In this document: piece by piece, positions 23,113 through 37,508 of the stretch
How the letters are laid out: each line of letters starts with the position of its first letter
Position numbering within the stretch: the first letter of the stretch is position 1
NCBI GenBank assembly: GCA_001599295.1
Contig: BCGN01000008.1
Span: 434,001-498,000 of the forward strand
DNA: 64,000 nt
Direction of reading: 5' to 3'
DNA from: Sporopachydermia quercuum
Taxonomy: Eukaryota
Program-made: the position numbers and the translations under genes
The notes under the pieces: generated by a model
What the model was told of the DNA's origin: nothing
The model's input: the letters and a program-made list of their open reading frames with translations, nothing else
Databases searched by the model: none

Positions 23113-23981
23113 GCCCATGTGAACATCATGTATCAGTTTCTTTTTTGTAAATAAACAATATTGATGCCCAAGGTAAAGTTCAAAATGTTGCACTTATGTG
23201 CTGCATGCAGATCTCACGTTTCACTCCTATTTGATTCTATAATGATCTGCACCAAATGATGCTGTAAAATACTAGAGATAAACAGATACTTTTAAAATCA
23301 AAAAGATCCGAATAATCTATACTTAATCAAGTCTCAATACTGGATATCGACACGACTCTAACTCTCATCTTTCTCAATTTACCCTATGCATAATTACATC
23401 ATTAATCCATTGTGATTAAGCTTCCCACCATAAAATCCTGTACCTTTCTGCACAACTTACAGGGTAAGGGTTTCCTTCTCTTCTTCTTTTTACTGCCATG
23501 CCATTATTATTATCATCAACCACCTAATTAACTGTTTAGTTATCAAACCATTTGATACTCAACGCCTATCTATATGTTCTGTTCAAATGAGTTAGGATTT
23601 TCAACTATTTATGAATCGTAACATCTATAGCATCTCTAGCCATTATATTCATAAACTTTTTTTTGTTCATTTACATACTACTGGTATTTCAGTTGAAAGG
23701 CTTACAACTAAAGGTAGTACATACAGAGTTAAAGGAAGACTTAAACCTTTCTTTGACAACCTACTGTCGAATTTCTTTATTTCAACTGATATAAAGACGA
23801 TCAGTTTGGCTAGCAATTGGACAGNTCTTTGCTACGTATGTCAATATATTGGAATGGTGAAAACAACAGTACACTTGTCTTTTGTCCAGAAGTCCTTTTC
23901 CAATCCATCGTGTAATACATTCAAATCAAAAGCCCCACATAGTGCTTTTCAATGTTAGCATAGCTTTTCCCAAATAAACCG

Positions 23982-26900
23982 ATGGAAGATACAGCATCAC
24001 AAATGCCGCCTGTGACGGCATCGAGAAAGGCTACAAGATCTTTACGATTGTTCAAAGGAAATGATGCTGCTTCGAGTTTTGATGCTTTATCATCAACAAT
24101 AGCAAGTAGGAAGTCGCCAACCAGTGTCGTGGAAACGAATCCAGCTGTATCTGAAGGCTATTTTGCATCTCCAATACCAAATGAATCTCAAACAAATCTA
24201 CAAACGGAACCCTCATTTAAGTCACAGCTACAATCCTCATCCACAGCATATCTGCCACAATTTTCTGATAGTTTCTCACCTTTAGATCCAAGAAATAGTA
24301 ACATCAAGTTTCTAGATTCCTGGCAGGTTCCACTAAATGGCCCTTCATCAACTACCAGCTCAGCTGACTCTGCTACTGCAGATGTAAGACCAATTACTCC
24401 AGAACCTGTGGCGAATTCAAATAATGATACAAATATATCGTTTACTGCTCCTGTTTCAGTTCCCATTTCTGGTTCAAATAAGTCTTCCCTGACAGCATTA
24501 CCAAACTCCAGAGATTTGAGGCGACTACAGAAAAGTGTATCCTCCGCCACATATATTCCCCACAAAGCTCCTGGGGATGGTTTAATTTCTATTGAACCAG
24601 AAAGATTGACTGCAGAAAGAGAATTCGATACACAGGAAACAAGAAGAGGCTCAATAACCATTGTTCCTAACACTACTATCATATCATCAAACAATAACGT
24701 ACCTACAACTATCTCGCCAGTGAAACCTACCACAGCAACAACAAACACTACCACCACGACAGTAAGTACTACTATAATCACTAATAACACTACCAATAAT
24801 ATTACCTCAAACATTACCGGGAAGTCTAGTGAGCTAATTCACATACCAACAACATCATCGTCATCATCGTCAAACAACCATCCAATAATAAATCGGCAAT
24901 CAGATGAAGAAGACCTCAGTTTAATTGACTCCTTAGCTATTAATGGTGTAAATGACGTCATTGATGCAAACATTTATCACAATGACCATGAATTAGAGAG
25001 CGAACAGAAATTCCCTCTGGCCGTTGAACTGACTCCTTTCAAGCATAAGGTAGGCGGCCATACTGCCATTTTCAAGTTTTCACGCAGAGCAGTGTGCAAA
25101 ACATTGGTGAACAGGGAGAACTTATGGTACGAATCAATTGAACAACAGCATCCTGAATTACTCAAATTCATGCCAAAATATATAGGAGTATTGAATGTTC
25201 GTTATCATATGGTTCAGGACGATCTGGATGCGGCTTCAGGCATGACCAGACCTGGTTGTACAGGTGCTAAGCGTTCAGGAAGTAATATAGACAGTGGCAA
25301 TAATGCTCCGAATACTGTTGCAGGTGGTGATGTTAATATTGAGAGCAATGGAGATATGTTAAAGAACACTAATGCTATAAATGAATCACGGGAGATTCTT
25401 CCCGAGGTTGTTTTAGATGACAATAAGCATATACTACCCGAATCCTTCTGGGAAAAATACTCAACAGCATTTCCATCACCTTCAGCAACCCCAGCAGGTT
25501 CTCCTCATAATTTCAATATTACTAATGGTCAAGATATGTTTTCTGGTATTCACAGTGATATTAATAGTCCTATTAATGGAGATAAGAGTCATAAACATTT
25601 TATCAGATCTAATTTTTCTCCTGCGTCTGGTGCAACAAGTGTTAACAGAAAACTACAAGAATTGGTACTACAAGAAGTATTTGCTCCTATTAGGACACTA
25701 CCAAAAAGAATCCACTCTCACCATTTCTTATCAAGATATCGATTAGGACATTTGGGACATAACAGAAGTAAACGGAACTCAGATGCCAGTAATGATAGAT
25801 TAGTAATGAAAGATGTTGCTGTTGATGATACCATTGTTGGGTCTCAAAGAGCTCAAATGTCAGTTTCTTCAGCAAGTTCTTTATCCCCACCAACGACAAC
25901 TAGCAAAATGCATGCTCACTCTTTAGAAGATCATTCATTAGCGTCATATAAATCAAGTTTACCTGATATACCTCCAATGATGTCACCTGAAAGTCCTCAA
26001 CAAACAGGTAGGTTGGAACCAGGGATTATAATGGAAACAAACGGTGATGAAGAAGTTTTTCAAATGGATGATGATGATAATAATAACAATAATGATGTTC
26101 GAAACAATAATAACGCTGTTGATGCTGATAGTAACGATTCAATTAAAACTGTAAATANCCACAAGAGATTTAATAACTCATCATCACCATTATCTTCGCC
26201 TTTACTTCAACAGTCCGCAGTACCAGAAACTGCGTCTTCTTGTAATAGCAACATGTATAATAATTCATTTGATTCTCCCTCTTTAAGCTCATTCAATTCA
26301 ATCTACCAGAAACTGGGGCGCAACATCCGCTTGGAAAGATTTATCCTTCTTGAAGATTTAACTAATGGAATAAACAAACCATGTGTTCTAGACCTCAAAA
26401 TGGGTACTCGACAGTATGGCGNTGAAGCAACAAACAAGAAACAAGCATCACAGAAAAAGAAATGTGCTATGACTACTTCAAGAGAACTTGGAGTCAGAAT
26501 ATGTGGCATGCAAATATGGGATATTGTTCAGAAGAAGTATGTTTCAAAGGATAAATATTTCGGACGTAAAGTGCGCTGTGGACAACAATTTGATGCGTGC
26601 CTTCGAAGGTTTCTCTATGACGGTTATAATGAGTTATCAATCGTGAGATTTTTACCGAAGTTGATTCAACAGGTTCAAGAGTTAGAAGCTATTGTTAGTC
26701 AATTGAATGATTATCGAATGTATGGATCATCCTTATTATTGTTATATGATGGTAGTGAAGATAATCATTATTCCAGTAACAATAACAGTAACAGTAACAG
26801 TAACCTTTTTAATGATAAATATAAATCAGAAGGGTTTGATTTAACCAATGATGAGCAGTATCATTACTATTTGGACGACTCACGGCTGTTAGTACGAATT

Positions 26901-27278
26901 ATTGATTTTGCCCAATGTGTCACTGATCAATCACTGCATTCTGACGAACCATATCCCCCTGTATATAAAGGTGAACCTGATAGGGGATACATTAGAGGTC
27001 TTAAATCATTACAATCGTACTTTAAAAGGATATTTGCCCATATTACTGGTGAAGAGTATATTAACTATGATCAAGGTAGAGAAGTACTAAAGATGTCATA
27101 CATCAATATTTTCAGCAATAACAAGTTGAACACTAACAAGAGCGAGGAATTAAGAGTAAACTGGAGACTGTTTGATGCAAGTGATGACCCTAATGTTCTA
27201 AATGAATGGAGTGATTACTATTATGGTGTTTCGTTCGACCCAATTGATTATAATGATAGCGATAATGTTAGTGAATGA
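23982..27278 (+). CDS. KCS1: Inositol hexakisphosphate kinase
   Basis: [33 protein letters not shown] (PxxxDxKxG), [14 protein letters not shown]; long Ser/Thr/Asn-rich insertions. Confidence 0.93.
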   Translation: MEDTASQMPPVTASRKATRSLRLFKGNDAASSFDALSSTIASRKSPTSVVETNPAVSEGYFASPIPNESQTNLQTEPSFKSQLQSSSTAYLPQFSDSFSPLDPRNSNIKFLDSWQVPLNGPSSTTSSADSATADVRPITPEPVANSNNDTNISFTAPVSVPISGSNKSSLTALPNSRDLRRLQKSVSSATYIPHKAPGDGLISIEPERLTAEREFDTQETRRGSITIVPNTTIISSNNNVPTTISPVKPTTATTNTTTTTVSTTIITNNTTNNITSNITGKSSELIHIPTTSSSSSSNNHPIINRQSDEEDLSLIDSLAINGVNDVIDANIYHNDHELESEQKFPLAVELTPFKHKVGGHTAIFKFSRRAVCKTLVNRENLWYESIEQQHPELLKFMPKYIGVLNVRYHMVQDDLDAASGMTRPGCTGAKRSGSNIDSGNNAPNTVAGGDVNIESNGDMLKNTNAINESREILPEVVLDDNKHILPESFWEKYSTAFPSPSATPAGSPHNFNITNGQDMFSGIHSDINSPINGDKSHKHFIRSNFSPASGATSVNRKLQELVLQEVFAPIRTLPKRIHSHHFLSRYRLGHLGHNRSKRNSDASNDRLVMKDVAVDDTIVGSQRAQMSVSSASSLSPPTTTSKMHAHSLEDHSLASYKSSLPDIPPMMSPESPQQTGRLEPGIIMETNGDEEVFQMDDDDNNNNNDVRNNNNAVDADSNDSIKTVNXHKRFNNSSSPLSSPLLQQSAVPETASSCNSNMYNNSFDSPSLSSFNSIYQKLGRNIRLERFILLEDLTNGINKPCVLDLKMGTRQYGXEATNKKQASQKKKCAMTTSRELGVRICGMQIWDIVQKKYVSKDKYFGRKVRCGQQFDACLRRFLYDGYNELSIVRFLPKLIQQVQELEAIVSQLNDYRMYGSSLLLLYDGSEDNHYSSNNNSNSNSNLFNDKYKSEGFDLTNDEQYHYYLDDSRLLVRIIDFAQCVTDQSLHSDEPYPPVYKGEPDRGYIRGLKSLQSYFKRIFAHITGEEYINYDQGREVLKMSYINIFSNNKLNTNKSEELRVNWRLFDASDDPNVLNEWSDYYYGVSFDPIDYNDSDNVSE

Positions 27279-28661
27279 TGCATAATGAATGAAGGTTAAT
27301 GGTGATCGAAAATTGACTGTCTTACAGAGTATTACGAAGCGTAGACGAGATGTTAGTCATATATTATAAATGGGAAGATGGAGCTGGCTGAGTATTTTAG
27401 TCCTTGGCAATGCCTACTTGTTATGTATACAATCAATGAAGTGTATGGGAAAACAGAGGTGCTAATGATCAGACTGTTCGTTGGTGGAAATAATGAAGTC
27501 ATGATTTAATTATTTTTAAGTGTATGAGTGAATATACAGTTTTCCATTATATGGTTTATGAGTGCTACCTTAATTAAATGATTTATTTGTTTATTAGTGA
27601 ATCAAAGATATGTCATAGATATAGAAATCAACGTGACAATAAATATGCAACTATCAAATGAATCAATGAATGATTTCCTTCTATTGCGCTGATTTTTATT
27701 TTCAAGCTTTTGCTTACCTAAGCTTTAATTGTTTGCTTTTAGTTTACCAGTTTTATTTTGCCATTAATTTGATTTTTTGCAGTTGGAGGACATCGATTCG
27801 ACAAATATCCATTTGATTTGCTTACTTCTTTCTTTCAATGCAATTACTTTGCAATGATTTTTAATTGTCTTGCAACATACTTGAAGTCTTTTATTGTTAT
27901 TCCGTCATTCCTTCGTTAATTGACTATTTGATTTTGCTTGTCACTCATATGTTTTACCATCAGTTACTACATATTGTCAACAGTATTGTTATCTACTTAT
28001 TCAGTTATTTATCTAATGTTGCCACTGTCTGAATCCAACGTCCACATGTATGCAGTGAATCATCACTTGTACGGCTATATAAATATAGATAATCAATGTT
28101 ACATTATAAATATATAATTCAATTTAATTCAATGATCGAAAATCATTGATTTTTAACAATCCAAGTGAGGAAACCTTGGAAAATGTCAAATAATAATTTA
28201 TGTCGAGCAGCAGATACTGACCAAATTAACCATCGCTTACATAAATTCATTTGTCAACAGGAGAGAAAAACTAATAAGTGGAGCCTATCGATTTGAGTTA
28301 ATGCCACGAATTATGACCAGCTGAATCTATGGGGAGAATGATTCACGAAACAAATATTAATATTTGCATGATTTATCCAATTTTGAACCATTACAATATT
28401 TCAATACTATCTATGCCAGTCTTGTCATAACGTTATCATCAATCATTGACGATATTACCAACTAATAGCAATTGGATAATACCATATAATAAACCCTTAG
28501 TTCTTACCATAATTATTATAACTGTATTGATAACATGCTAAAACTTTCATAAACAACATAAAACATAACATAAATACATATAGTAAAAGTGTTTCAAACC
28601 ACAATTTTTCATCTCATAAATATCTCATAAGCACCTTATAACAACACATCGTTTATCATAA

Positions 28662-30674
28662 CTAATAACTTTGACCAGTACCAACCAATTGATTATTTGC
28701 CCCACTCATAACAGCACTTCTTCTTTCATTCTTTCCTTGGCGCATGACTTGTTTCAAAGCTACTGAATCCAATGGATCCAATAATTCAAAACTACATAAT
28801 AATTCTTCACTAACACTCATAACTGCACCCCAATTATCAAACTCACCACAATAATTTGGTGCAGAAAACACGGTAACTAATGACCGATCGTTGAAAAACT
28901 CATATCCATCTTCAACAACCATATGAGCTCTACATACTAAATCAAACTGAAATTTAGTAAGAAACTTGTTGATGGCCACTTTAGAAAAACAATACGATAC
29001 TCCTCGTTCATTATCTTCCCATTCATTAACAGTTTCTGCAGGATCTGACCATAGTAAATCATTCAATAAGCCGAAATCAGGAACATCAGTTGGTCTTTGA
29101 ATATTTCTAATATCATCCAGTGAATTTAATGATGGTGATAGTCCTCCATGAACACAAAAAATCTTAGATGCAACTATTGCTGCTACTGGTAACGTATTAA
29201 AGGTATCAATGAATGTTTTCCATGTTTTAATATTACATCTTCTTTTACATTCATCATAAAATCCATAAACACGAGTGACATTTGCACATTCATGATTACC
29301 TCTCAATAAAAAGAAGTTTTCAGGGTATTTGATCTTGTAGCATAGTAGTAACAATATTGTTTCTAGTGATTGTTTACCTCTATCAACATAATCACCAAGG
29401 AATAAATAGTTAGCAGCAGGTGGGAATCCGCATTTTGTGAAAATACGAATCAAGTCACTGTATTGGCCATGAACATCACCAACAATTTTAACTGATGGTG
29501 ATAGTTCTAACAACATTGGTTGACTTAGGAAGATTTCTCTTGCAGTTGAGCATATAAGCTGAATTTCAGAGTTTTTAAGACACACGCTTCTTGTTCTTTT
29601 ACCAGAATAGCCAGCATCAAGTAATCTTTGAATTAAGTCCTCCACATCTAATACTTTTGATGCTTTGTGTTGAAGGTTTAGGGTTCTTGTTGGAGTTGCA
29701 CTACCTGTCGAGTTAGCAGCATTACCATTTGAACCATTGGAATTATCACCTAAATTAAAAGATCTATTACTATTGGCAAAGGAATTAATTCTTGTGAGAG
29801 TATTTGCTGGAGAGGAAGGCCCTGATAATGTGTGTGCTGGTGAGAGTTCTGCTGGTGTATTTGCTTGACTATTGCCTGAATGCTTAGTTATGTTGATATT
29901 GGGGATATTAATGTAATTTGGATGATTTGAGGAGTTATATGTTATATCGTCAGGATTTGAACCGGAGCCATCATTTGCTCCCGTTATTGATGAGTCTATC
30001 TTACTATTACCATTAGATGATGACTGAATTGGTGAGCTTGGTCCTGAGGTTGCCCCTGAACCAGAAAAACTTGAGTGTTTTGGTGACGGTAGAATGTCAG
30101 AAGAACTATGATTACTTAATTCTCCTAATGCTCCATAACCAGATGCAGCTAGTGAGTTAAAATCGACTCCAACAGAACTGCTTGGTCCCGTATCTCTTCT
30201 AATGAGGATAGGTTCTTTAGGAGCTAATTGCATCATGGATGGAGGCAGGGATGAAGGGGTCACAGGGAAATTTGTAGCTGACGTTGGTGTATAAGGAGAA
30301 TGATGATTAGATAAATTGTTTGCTTTTCCCGAATCAACGGCCAAATTGTTTCTATTATGAGTTGACGCAAAACTATCAGTTCCATTTAAGCCATGCTGTA
30401 AACTGGTGTCACTATTATCAGGACTTCTAGATAATGTGAAGGCATTTTGAGCAGCAGCTTCATCATTATTTGAATTGGGATTAGTATTTGATGTGTTGTT
30501 AGTATTTTGTCTCGAAAGGTTTAGAGGTGTGTTTGACTCTGATAATGATTTTCTTGATCTTGAAGATCGATTTGATTTTATTGACCGTGATGAATTTGCC
30601 GTATCTGACCGATTGAATGCTGGCTGTTGACCAGAGGGTTTCTTCTTGGCAGGCTTTGACGAAGAATTTCCCAT
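28662..30674 (-). CDS. PPZ1: Ser/Thr protein phosphatase PP-Z
   Basis: N-terminal MGNSSSK (myristoylation-type), disordered Ser/Asn-rich half, PP1-like catalytic domain with GDVHGQ, GDYVDRG, RGNHE, SAPNY. Confidence 0.93.
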   Translation of the reverse strand: MGNSSSKPAKKKPSGQQPAFNRSDTANSSRSIKSNRSSRSRKSLSESNTPLNLSRQNTNNTSNTNPNSNNDEAAAQNAFTLSRSPDNSDTSLQHGLNGTDSFASTHNRNNLAVDSGKANNLSNHHSPYTPTSATNFPVTPSSLPPSMMQLAPKEPILIRRDTGPSSSVGVDFNSLAASGYGALGELSNHSSSDILPSPKHSSFSGSGATSGPSSPIQSSSNGNSKIDSSITGANDGSGSNPDDITYNSSNHPNYINIPNINITKHSGNSQANTPAELSPAHTLSGPSSPANTLTRINSFANSNRSFNLGDNSNGSNGNAANSTGSATPTRTLNLQHKASKVLDVEDLIQRLLDAGYSGKRTRSVCLKNSEIQLICSTAREIFLSQPMLLELSPSVKIVGDVHGQYSDLIRIFTKCGFPPAANYLFLGDYVDRGKQSLETILLLLCYKIKYPENFFLLRGNHECANVTRVYGFYDECKRRCNIKTWKTFIDTFNTLPVAAIVASKIFCVHGGLSPSLNSLDDIRNIQRPTDVPDFGLLNDLLWSDPAETVNEWEDNERGVSYCFSKVAINKFLTKFQFDLVCRAHMVVEDGYEFFNDRSLVTVFSAPNYCGEFDNWGAVMSVSEELLCSFELLDPLDSVALKQVMRQGKNERRSAVMSGANNQLVGTGQSY

Positions 30675-31172
30675 TATATATTTTGCNNNCTGTAACTTGT
30701 TTTTATTTCTGTTTTCAATGATTAGTTTCAATGGTTAGAATAACAATCAGAGTATCAAGTTATTGCAAGTACTCTTGATATTGTTGTTTATAATTAAGTA
30801 TTCATTGAATAATAGACTGATACAACAATAGTAATATAGATCAAGTTGTTTTCCAAGTCTAAGAGTTGAACGAACTGTATGATTTTATCAGATAGAGTCT
30901 TTGTTTGAATCATTCCCATTCATTTCATGTTGTTCATTCCGTTATTGCAAAAGAATAGTTGTCATTGTTGTTCGGTTGAGCAAGCGAAGTGTTGCATAGT
31001 TGGAAAACAGTAAACCAATTTCTTCANCGCGAGAAGAGGCAAAATAAGGTTGTTCTGTATAGAGAAATGTAGCCAAAGTTTAAACTTAAATTAGAAATGT
31101 TCAATTGTACGGAAGGAATAAATGATATAACAAATTAACACGAAGAGCAGAGGAGAGTAAAGAATAAGGATT

Positions 31173-31220
31173 GAATTGAATGAGTGAATGAGCGAATGAA
31201 TATAAGAGTGAATGAATAAG
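31173..31220. repeat. Imperfect GAAT/GAGT short tandem repeat upstream of PPZ1
   Basis: gaattgaatgagtgaatgagcgaatgaatataagagtgaatgaataag read directly. Confidence 0.5.
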
Positions 31221-33385
31221 AGTGTGATTAATAGAGAAGAGAATATATGAGTTCTAGGACTTATTTTGGTGGTATTAGATGATTAGTGTATTGTTTATAC
31301 ATATACAATAGTCTATGATGTATGATGATACGAACGAATTTACTTGTTNGTTTATTGGTAATTGAGTTGATGAGATGAGGAGAGTAATATATTTGAACAG
31401 ATGAGATAGATGTTTTCTGGACCAGAGTAATATCCATTTGAAATAATCCTTATAAACTATCAAGACTTTGGATATAAATATGTATAAGTAAAAATCTANT
31501 TTCTCAGCATACTTAGTATATGCATTAATTTCAAAACAAGAACAGACCATTCTATCTACCTATCTTGCTTCCTAATGCTTGATCAAGTTCTCATCAACTA
31601 AGCGAAAAATCACCCAACTACATACGTATTACCACAAATATGTTACATACTACATATGGTGTACCATTACCAGTAAAACCGTAAACATTTCGGCCAATTG
31701 TTGGAATAATTGTTCCAGTTCATGGAACCATATTTTGGCTTATATGATTAAGCCTTCCACAGTTTTACCATCAAATTAATTCTGACAACTAACCGATCTA
31801 TTACCAGAGTTTACGTAGAACATTTGCTTGTATGGACCTGCACTGCATGGCATCGCACCGCATGCTTAGACCAATGACAGGAAATTATACGAATAGCTGC
31901 CAAGAACAATAATACCCGAGGTATTGTTTCGGAACAAGATTCATTGGGGCTATATAAAAGAATATTTGAATGCTATCGACGCAGTTTCTATTAGAAGAAT
32001 AATTTAATATATACGGCCTCTATTCAACTATGATCAAATAAATACTCAATATTCAAATATTCAACTGGCTTACTTGAGATAATTATCAGGAGGGAGTCAG
32101 TGGATTTTCGTAAGTACGCTATCTTTCCGTATATATCAATAGCGAAGATAAGTTCAGTTCTAGACACGCCCGGATCAGACTAACACTTTCAAAAATCTAT
32201 CTTGGGATATTGAATACTTCTAATTATTGATTTACTACAACATACTGAAATATATAAATAGTAGACTGTTTCCAATTATTATTTTGATTTTCAGATACTT
32301 TATATTTTGCCTCTAACCTGTAAATCACACATAGATCTTTAATGAAATTCAATATCTGCTTAACTCTCATTGTGAATTGTCTGTCTAACACACATAAGTT
32401 TCTTCCGTACATGAACACTATACAATGCAGNCATTCAAGTAATCTTCGTTTCCTGAACAATGATTTGATCAGTTCAACGCGAGGTCTGAAAGCTGTAGGA
32501 AAAGCAATTTGTGAATCAATCAAGGAACAACAAAGAACTTCCATTGCTTTATCTGCGAGAATATTACAGTTGTTGAGATCTTACCATACCCCCGGAGGAG
32601 CTGATAAAATTGCTCACCAGTTTGCCTTTCCGGAGTTAAGAATACTGCTCAAAGATAAGGTTGACTGTAGTTTCCGTCTGACCGACTTGGTTGAACTCTG
32701 TTTTGGATCACATGATCTGCAACAGAATTGTTTCCTTAGAAGAGGCCCAAGCACATTCCAAACCGCATTGATATAACTGACAGTTTAAATGTCTTAAAAC
32801 CTATTCTGAAGCCTATCTTATTGATAAGGTCAAATTAATTATAATCTCATTATAAGAACCATAAAATCTCCTGAACACTGCCTCACATGTATTCATATAA
32901 AAATAGTACAGCGTATACAAACATCCAACCGTCGAGATTTCCCACTANTCCCTTCCCCGGTCATTTCAACTTCCAACTTCTTTCTTTGTATCCTCTTATT
33001 ATGCTGGAGAAATCGCTTCTAGACATTTATATCACGTTCAGTCTTGGCTCGCAGCTAAGGTATGCACTATTGTTGGTATATGCACGTTTTTGACTAAAGT
33101 GAGTTTCGTTTACCTACATAATTGTGCATGATCTTACTTTAATTTCACATATTATTGCATATTTTCTTCCCTAACAACTCATTTAATCAAACAAATGGCA
33201 GTTTATCAATTGATTATTATCATCTCTGTTATTTGTACCATTACTTTTCATACTTAGAAAATTGAAAATAGGCCTTCATTGCAACATTCTCACAGATATA
33301 TAGTTTCGTTAAATTGTATTATAAGAAGCATGTTCATTTGTATCAGTTGATATAATACTGCTGAAATTTTAATCCTGATCATACG

Positions 33386-34639
33386 ATGCATTCATCAGGT
33401 CCACCAAGAAGACGTCGTCAGTCTAGGAAAGATGCTATCATACAATCGACAGATATAGATGCCCTTTCTTCTAAATACTCAGCATTTTTAAGGAACTATT
33501 TGAATGAAAAGGAAGATCCATTTTTCAAACCTTTCATACAAACAATTCTTCAGTATAGTAAGGAACATGATGATCAATCAGCACACTCAATACCATCAAG
33601 CTATCAATCTCCACTATCAAGTTCATCAAGTCAGGCAGTATCATCATCAAGACTCACATACCATAAAAATAATACGGAATCTTCAGTCTATAAACACATT
33701 CAGAGCCAGTTTGAGATCCCAAAATTACCATTAATTAACAGAGGCACTTTCCTAAGAACATATGCAATTAATACCCTAGTCGATATATTTTTATCAGATA
33801 CATCAGTCAACAACAAGAAGCAAGTAATATCATTGGGAGCTGGCTCTGATACTAGAGCTTTTCATTTACTACAGAAATTTCCAGCTAATTCATTAATATA
33901 CCATGAACTAGATTTTCCTGACTCAACAAAGGTGAAGACCGAAATCCTATCAAGGATTCCAGATTTGTGTGAAGTAATTCAATGGCAACAATCACCNTCG
34001 TCTGCTAATACAGTCCATACACCTACTTATCATCTACACCCTATTGATCTGAGAATATTAGCAGAAACTGATGTTTCTGAAATACGAAACCTGCTTCCAG
34101 GATTTGATTCAAACATCTCTACTCTAATAATAAGTGAATGCTGTCTATGTTATCTTCAACCAGATCAAGGAACCAATGTTCTAACGGTTTTAACGAAAGC
34201 ATGTACTAAAAGTTCAGCCATTGCTATATATGAACCAATAGGAAAGAACGATTCTTTTGGAACTGTTATGATTGACAATCTAGCCGCAAGAGGTATTTCT
34301 ATTCCAACTCTTGAAATATACAACACATTAGAAAAAGAACGGGAAAGGTTAAGCAGAATCTATGAAGAAACATGTCCTGGAGATGAATATAGTTCAACAG
34401 CAGTAGATTTATTGACCATTGAGAGCAAATGGTTGAATAAGGAGCAGAAAGAGTGGTTGAATAGGTTGGAATTATTAGATGAAAGAGAAGAATGGGATTT
34501 ATTAGCTCAGCATTACTGTATAGCATCTTCTTTGATAGAAAGGNGGATTGTCAGTAGTAGTGAAGAGAATAGTTTGAAAGAAGGGGAAAATGGCGAAGGC
34601 GATTGGATAAGAAAATGGAAGTCATGGACAAGCAAGTGA
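33386..34639 (+). CDS. PPM1: Leucine carboxyl methyltransferase (PP2A methylase)
   Basis: IQSTDIDA, PLINRGTFLR, QVISLGAGSDTR, ELDFP, IDLR, ISECCLCYL, YEPI, LELLDEREEW..L..HY. Confidence 0.92.
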   Translation: MHSSGPPRRRRQSRKDAIIQSTDIDALSSKYSAFLRNYLNEKEDPFFKPFIQTILQYSKEHDDQSAHSIPSSYQSPLSSSSSQAVSSSRLTYHKNNTESSVYKHIQSQFEIPKLPLINRGTFLRTYAINTLVDIFLSDTSVNNKKQVISLGAGSDTRAFHLLQKFPANSLIYHELDFPDSTKVKTEILSRIPDLCEVIQWQQSXSSANTVHTPTYHLHPIDLRILAETDVSEIRNLLPGFDSNISTLIISECCLCYLQPDQGTNVLTVLTKACTKSSAIAIYEPIGKNDSFGTVMIDNLAARGISIPTLEIYNTLEKERERLSRIYEETCPGDEYSSTAVDLLTIESKWLNKEQKEWLNRLELLDEREEWDLLAQHYCIASSLIERXIVSSSEENSLKEGENGEGDWIRKWKSWTSK

Positions 34640-34875
34640 AGACTATCACAGTTGCCCTTAGTGATAATTGTACAGATATTCAATGGAGGTTATGAGAGGG
34701 TTAACAGCGGTATGTATGATATGATCAAGTAGGAGTAGTTTTTTGTATTCTTACAGTACTGCTGTTACTACTACTACTACTAGGACCACCATTATTATTA
34801 TCTAAATTCATTAACTATTTACAGACTATCTTATTTACCATATAATAATTACATTATATCATCAACAACATATTT

Positions 34876-36786
34876 TTACTCAACTCCACCACCAAAGCCA
34901 ACTGGAACATGCCCATCTTCACCAATAATTGCCATCACTTTATATACTTTCCCCATGCTACCACCATCCTTCTCAACAAGTCTCCTATAACTCTTCTCGA
35001 TATCATTCACAGCCTTCTCAAGCTCTTCATCACTTAATTTACCAGGATTCTTAATAATACTTTTCAGTACTTCATCAACTCTATATCCAATACCAAGCTG
35101 ATGTAACCAATCTCCTTGTTCTACAGGTCCACAACAAACAGCTTTCACAGTACCATTTCTACCACTGCTGTTATTATCTTTGCTTTCACTATTGTTAAAC
35201 TTTTCGACTGCTGCTTCGATTGCTTTGAAATCCACATCTGCGCTCAAATCAGCCTTACCAGGATCAACAAAAGGTGAAACAAACTTATGATCACGAATAG
35301 CCCTAAATGAATCAATAGGAATAGTGTCAGAAGGCCCGTAATCTATTATCAAAGCTGAACCTGGCATCCTCTCCCTTGCTGAAGCCTCAACTTCAACAGA
35401 TTTGCTGTTGTTTCCCTTAACCAATGACTGAATTATCTCAGTAAATTCCCACGCTTCAGGACAAACCTCAATCTTCGAATTTGGTAAAAGTTTTCTATAT
35501 CTTTTATGAGTTTCCGGAACAACCAAACTTGATGGTGTTGCATGTGTTTGCAGCGTCAAATGAAATACAGGTTTCAAGTTCTCATAGTTAATAGTATCAC
35601 GATCACTACCACCATTAACTTTCACTTGATTTGGTAAAATGTCCTTACCAGAAACAATCTCAGAGTTGATCAGATTTGATCCCACTTTTCGTGCTGACTT
35701 TCCACCAGTTATATCACCATTTGATTTATCTTTGATTTGAAAATCAACCATGAATTCTCTCCAGCCTTTATCAGTCTTAGCAAATGACATAATTGGCAAT
35801 GCATCATAGAACTCATGGGCCATAATGAAATTTGTATAATCCTCATTTTCATCGGCGCCTTCAGCAATATCTTTACCAGTTCTAACCCACTTGATAGGAA
35901 TATTCCATTTGGTGATTGACATATATTCGTGTTCATTTATCTGTTTCAATGGTTCTTCTAGCTTACATAATGTTTTGTATTGAACTTCGCGCAACGCAGG
36001 ACTTGCTTCTATCATAAGTATCTGTTTGATATTTCTGATGAACATAGGAAATTTGGAGATAGTAATCATCATATCGTGCATAAGAGTTCCTTTACCTGGG
36101 CCAAATTCTATCAACCGAATATCGTTTCTATTGTTATTTTGGGTACCATTACCATTAAGTGCCATTTTCTTTGATTTATTAATATATTCAGAGATAAACC
36201 AAATACCACACATTTCCCCAAACATTTGGGAAATCTCTGGTGATGTAACAAAATCCCCTGATCGTCCTAAAGGATCTTGAACAGTGTAATAGCCACCTTC
36301 AGGGTTGGTTAAACATGTCTTCATATATGATGCAAGGGATATGGGACCTGTAGTCTATATAAGTAATTAGTATGAGTACTAATGGTGTAAAGTTAAGATA
36401 GAAATGAAAAATATCTCATTTCAAGCTGTTTAACAAAAATGCTAACTTACTTGAATCATCTCTACTAGCATTCTTTCCATGGGTGTCATCTCAATCTTAG
36501 ATAGGTCGTACTGCTCATTTGTTGATTGTGGTCCAGGAACTACCGGATTGATTGGTTTCAAATCACCAACTATTGGAATAGATGATCCAAAGTTATTGAG
36601 TGATCCGTCATCACGGCTCAAATCATTTGTCTTGCTGTTCACCAAAAGTCTATCTTGGTTGTTGGTTTTGAACGAATAAAATCTTTGAGCATTCGTTGAA
36701 ACTACTGATGATAACAGAAAATTGTTTGATGCTCTCAGTACCAGTCGCTGAGCTGTGACTGATTGAGATCTGATTGATCTATGCAT
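34876..36786 (-). CDS. NDUFAF7: Mitochondrial arginine methyltransferase NDUFAF7/MidA; exons 36786-36451 and 36354-34876
   Basis: Arg/Ser-rich presequence-like N-terminus; spliced MIQ|TTGPISLASYMKTCLTNPEGGYY, GDFVTSPEISQMFGE, EFGPGKGTL, HEFYDALP, IDYG, ADLSADVDF. Intron GTAAGT(36450)...TACTAAT...TAG(36355). Confidence 0.92.
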
Positions 36787-37508
36787 TTTGAAACCTCAAG
36801 GATGCGTGTAATACTGCTAACAGGGGAAAGGCTTACAGAGGTTTATAGACATAGTTAAATGAAAAGAAATATAGGGGTTTCTATATTGAAAACATTGTTG
36901 ATGAAGTACTATAGTTGATAGAAAAGAAAGGAAAGAAAAGNACAAGAGGAGACGTGAAAATAATTGCAGATTTCGGAAATAATATAATAACAATATGTGT
37001 TACTGTTTCCTTAATGGTGAAAAACTTGCATCTCCTCCGGCATTTTTTCTGTGTACTATAATCGAAATATTNACTGGTGGGACTGGCTACATTTTGATTT
37101 GCAGAAGGTACAATTAATTAACAGGCTATTCATGATTGTGATAATTTAGAACTACACGCATGACAAGAGAGATTTAGTATATGTAGTTGCTTGTCATTAG
37201 GATGTAAGTTTCGGCGAGACTGCAATGCTACAAGATCCACAAACAGTAGGCCAAAAGCTTGAGATCAGCGAGAAACGGTAGTCACTACTAAATGTAGTGA
37301 AAAGTCCATAAAGAACCACTCATGATTGTCTCCATGACTTGTTGAGATTGTGAACAGGCATTTTTTTACGTCCAACTGTATGACTTCTGGACCAATATCG
37401 CTGTTATTCGAACAATTCTGTTTGAACTCCACCCTAATATACTTTTCACAGTTAACTTCTTTTATCCGATATCCTGTATTTCATACTTCATTGCTAATGC
37501 TCAATTAA

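Noticed and set aside
23611..23958. 115-aa ORF ending just before KCS1
   Set aside because: No recognisable motifs and composition typical of non-coding DNA; a uORF role cannot be judged without the transcription start.
24188..24814. 208-aa hydrophobic antisense ORF
   Set aside because: Shadow of the Thr/Ser/Asn-rich KCS1 region; the same applies to antisense ORFs over TAF11, SPB4, BNA2, CTK3 and the BVMO.
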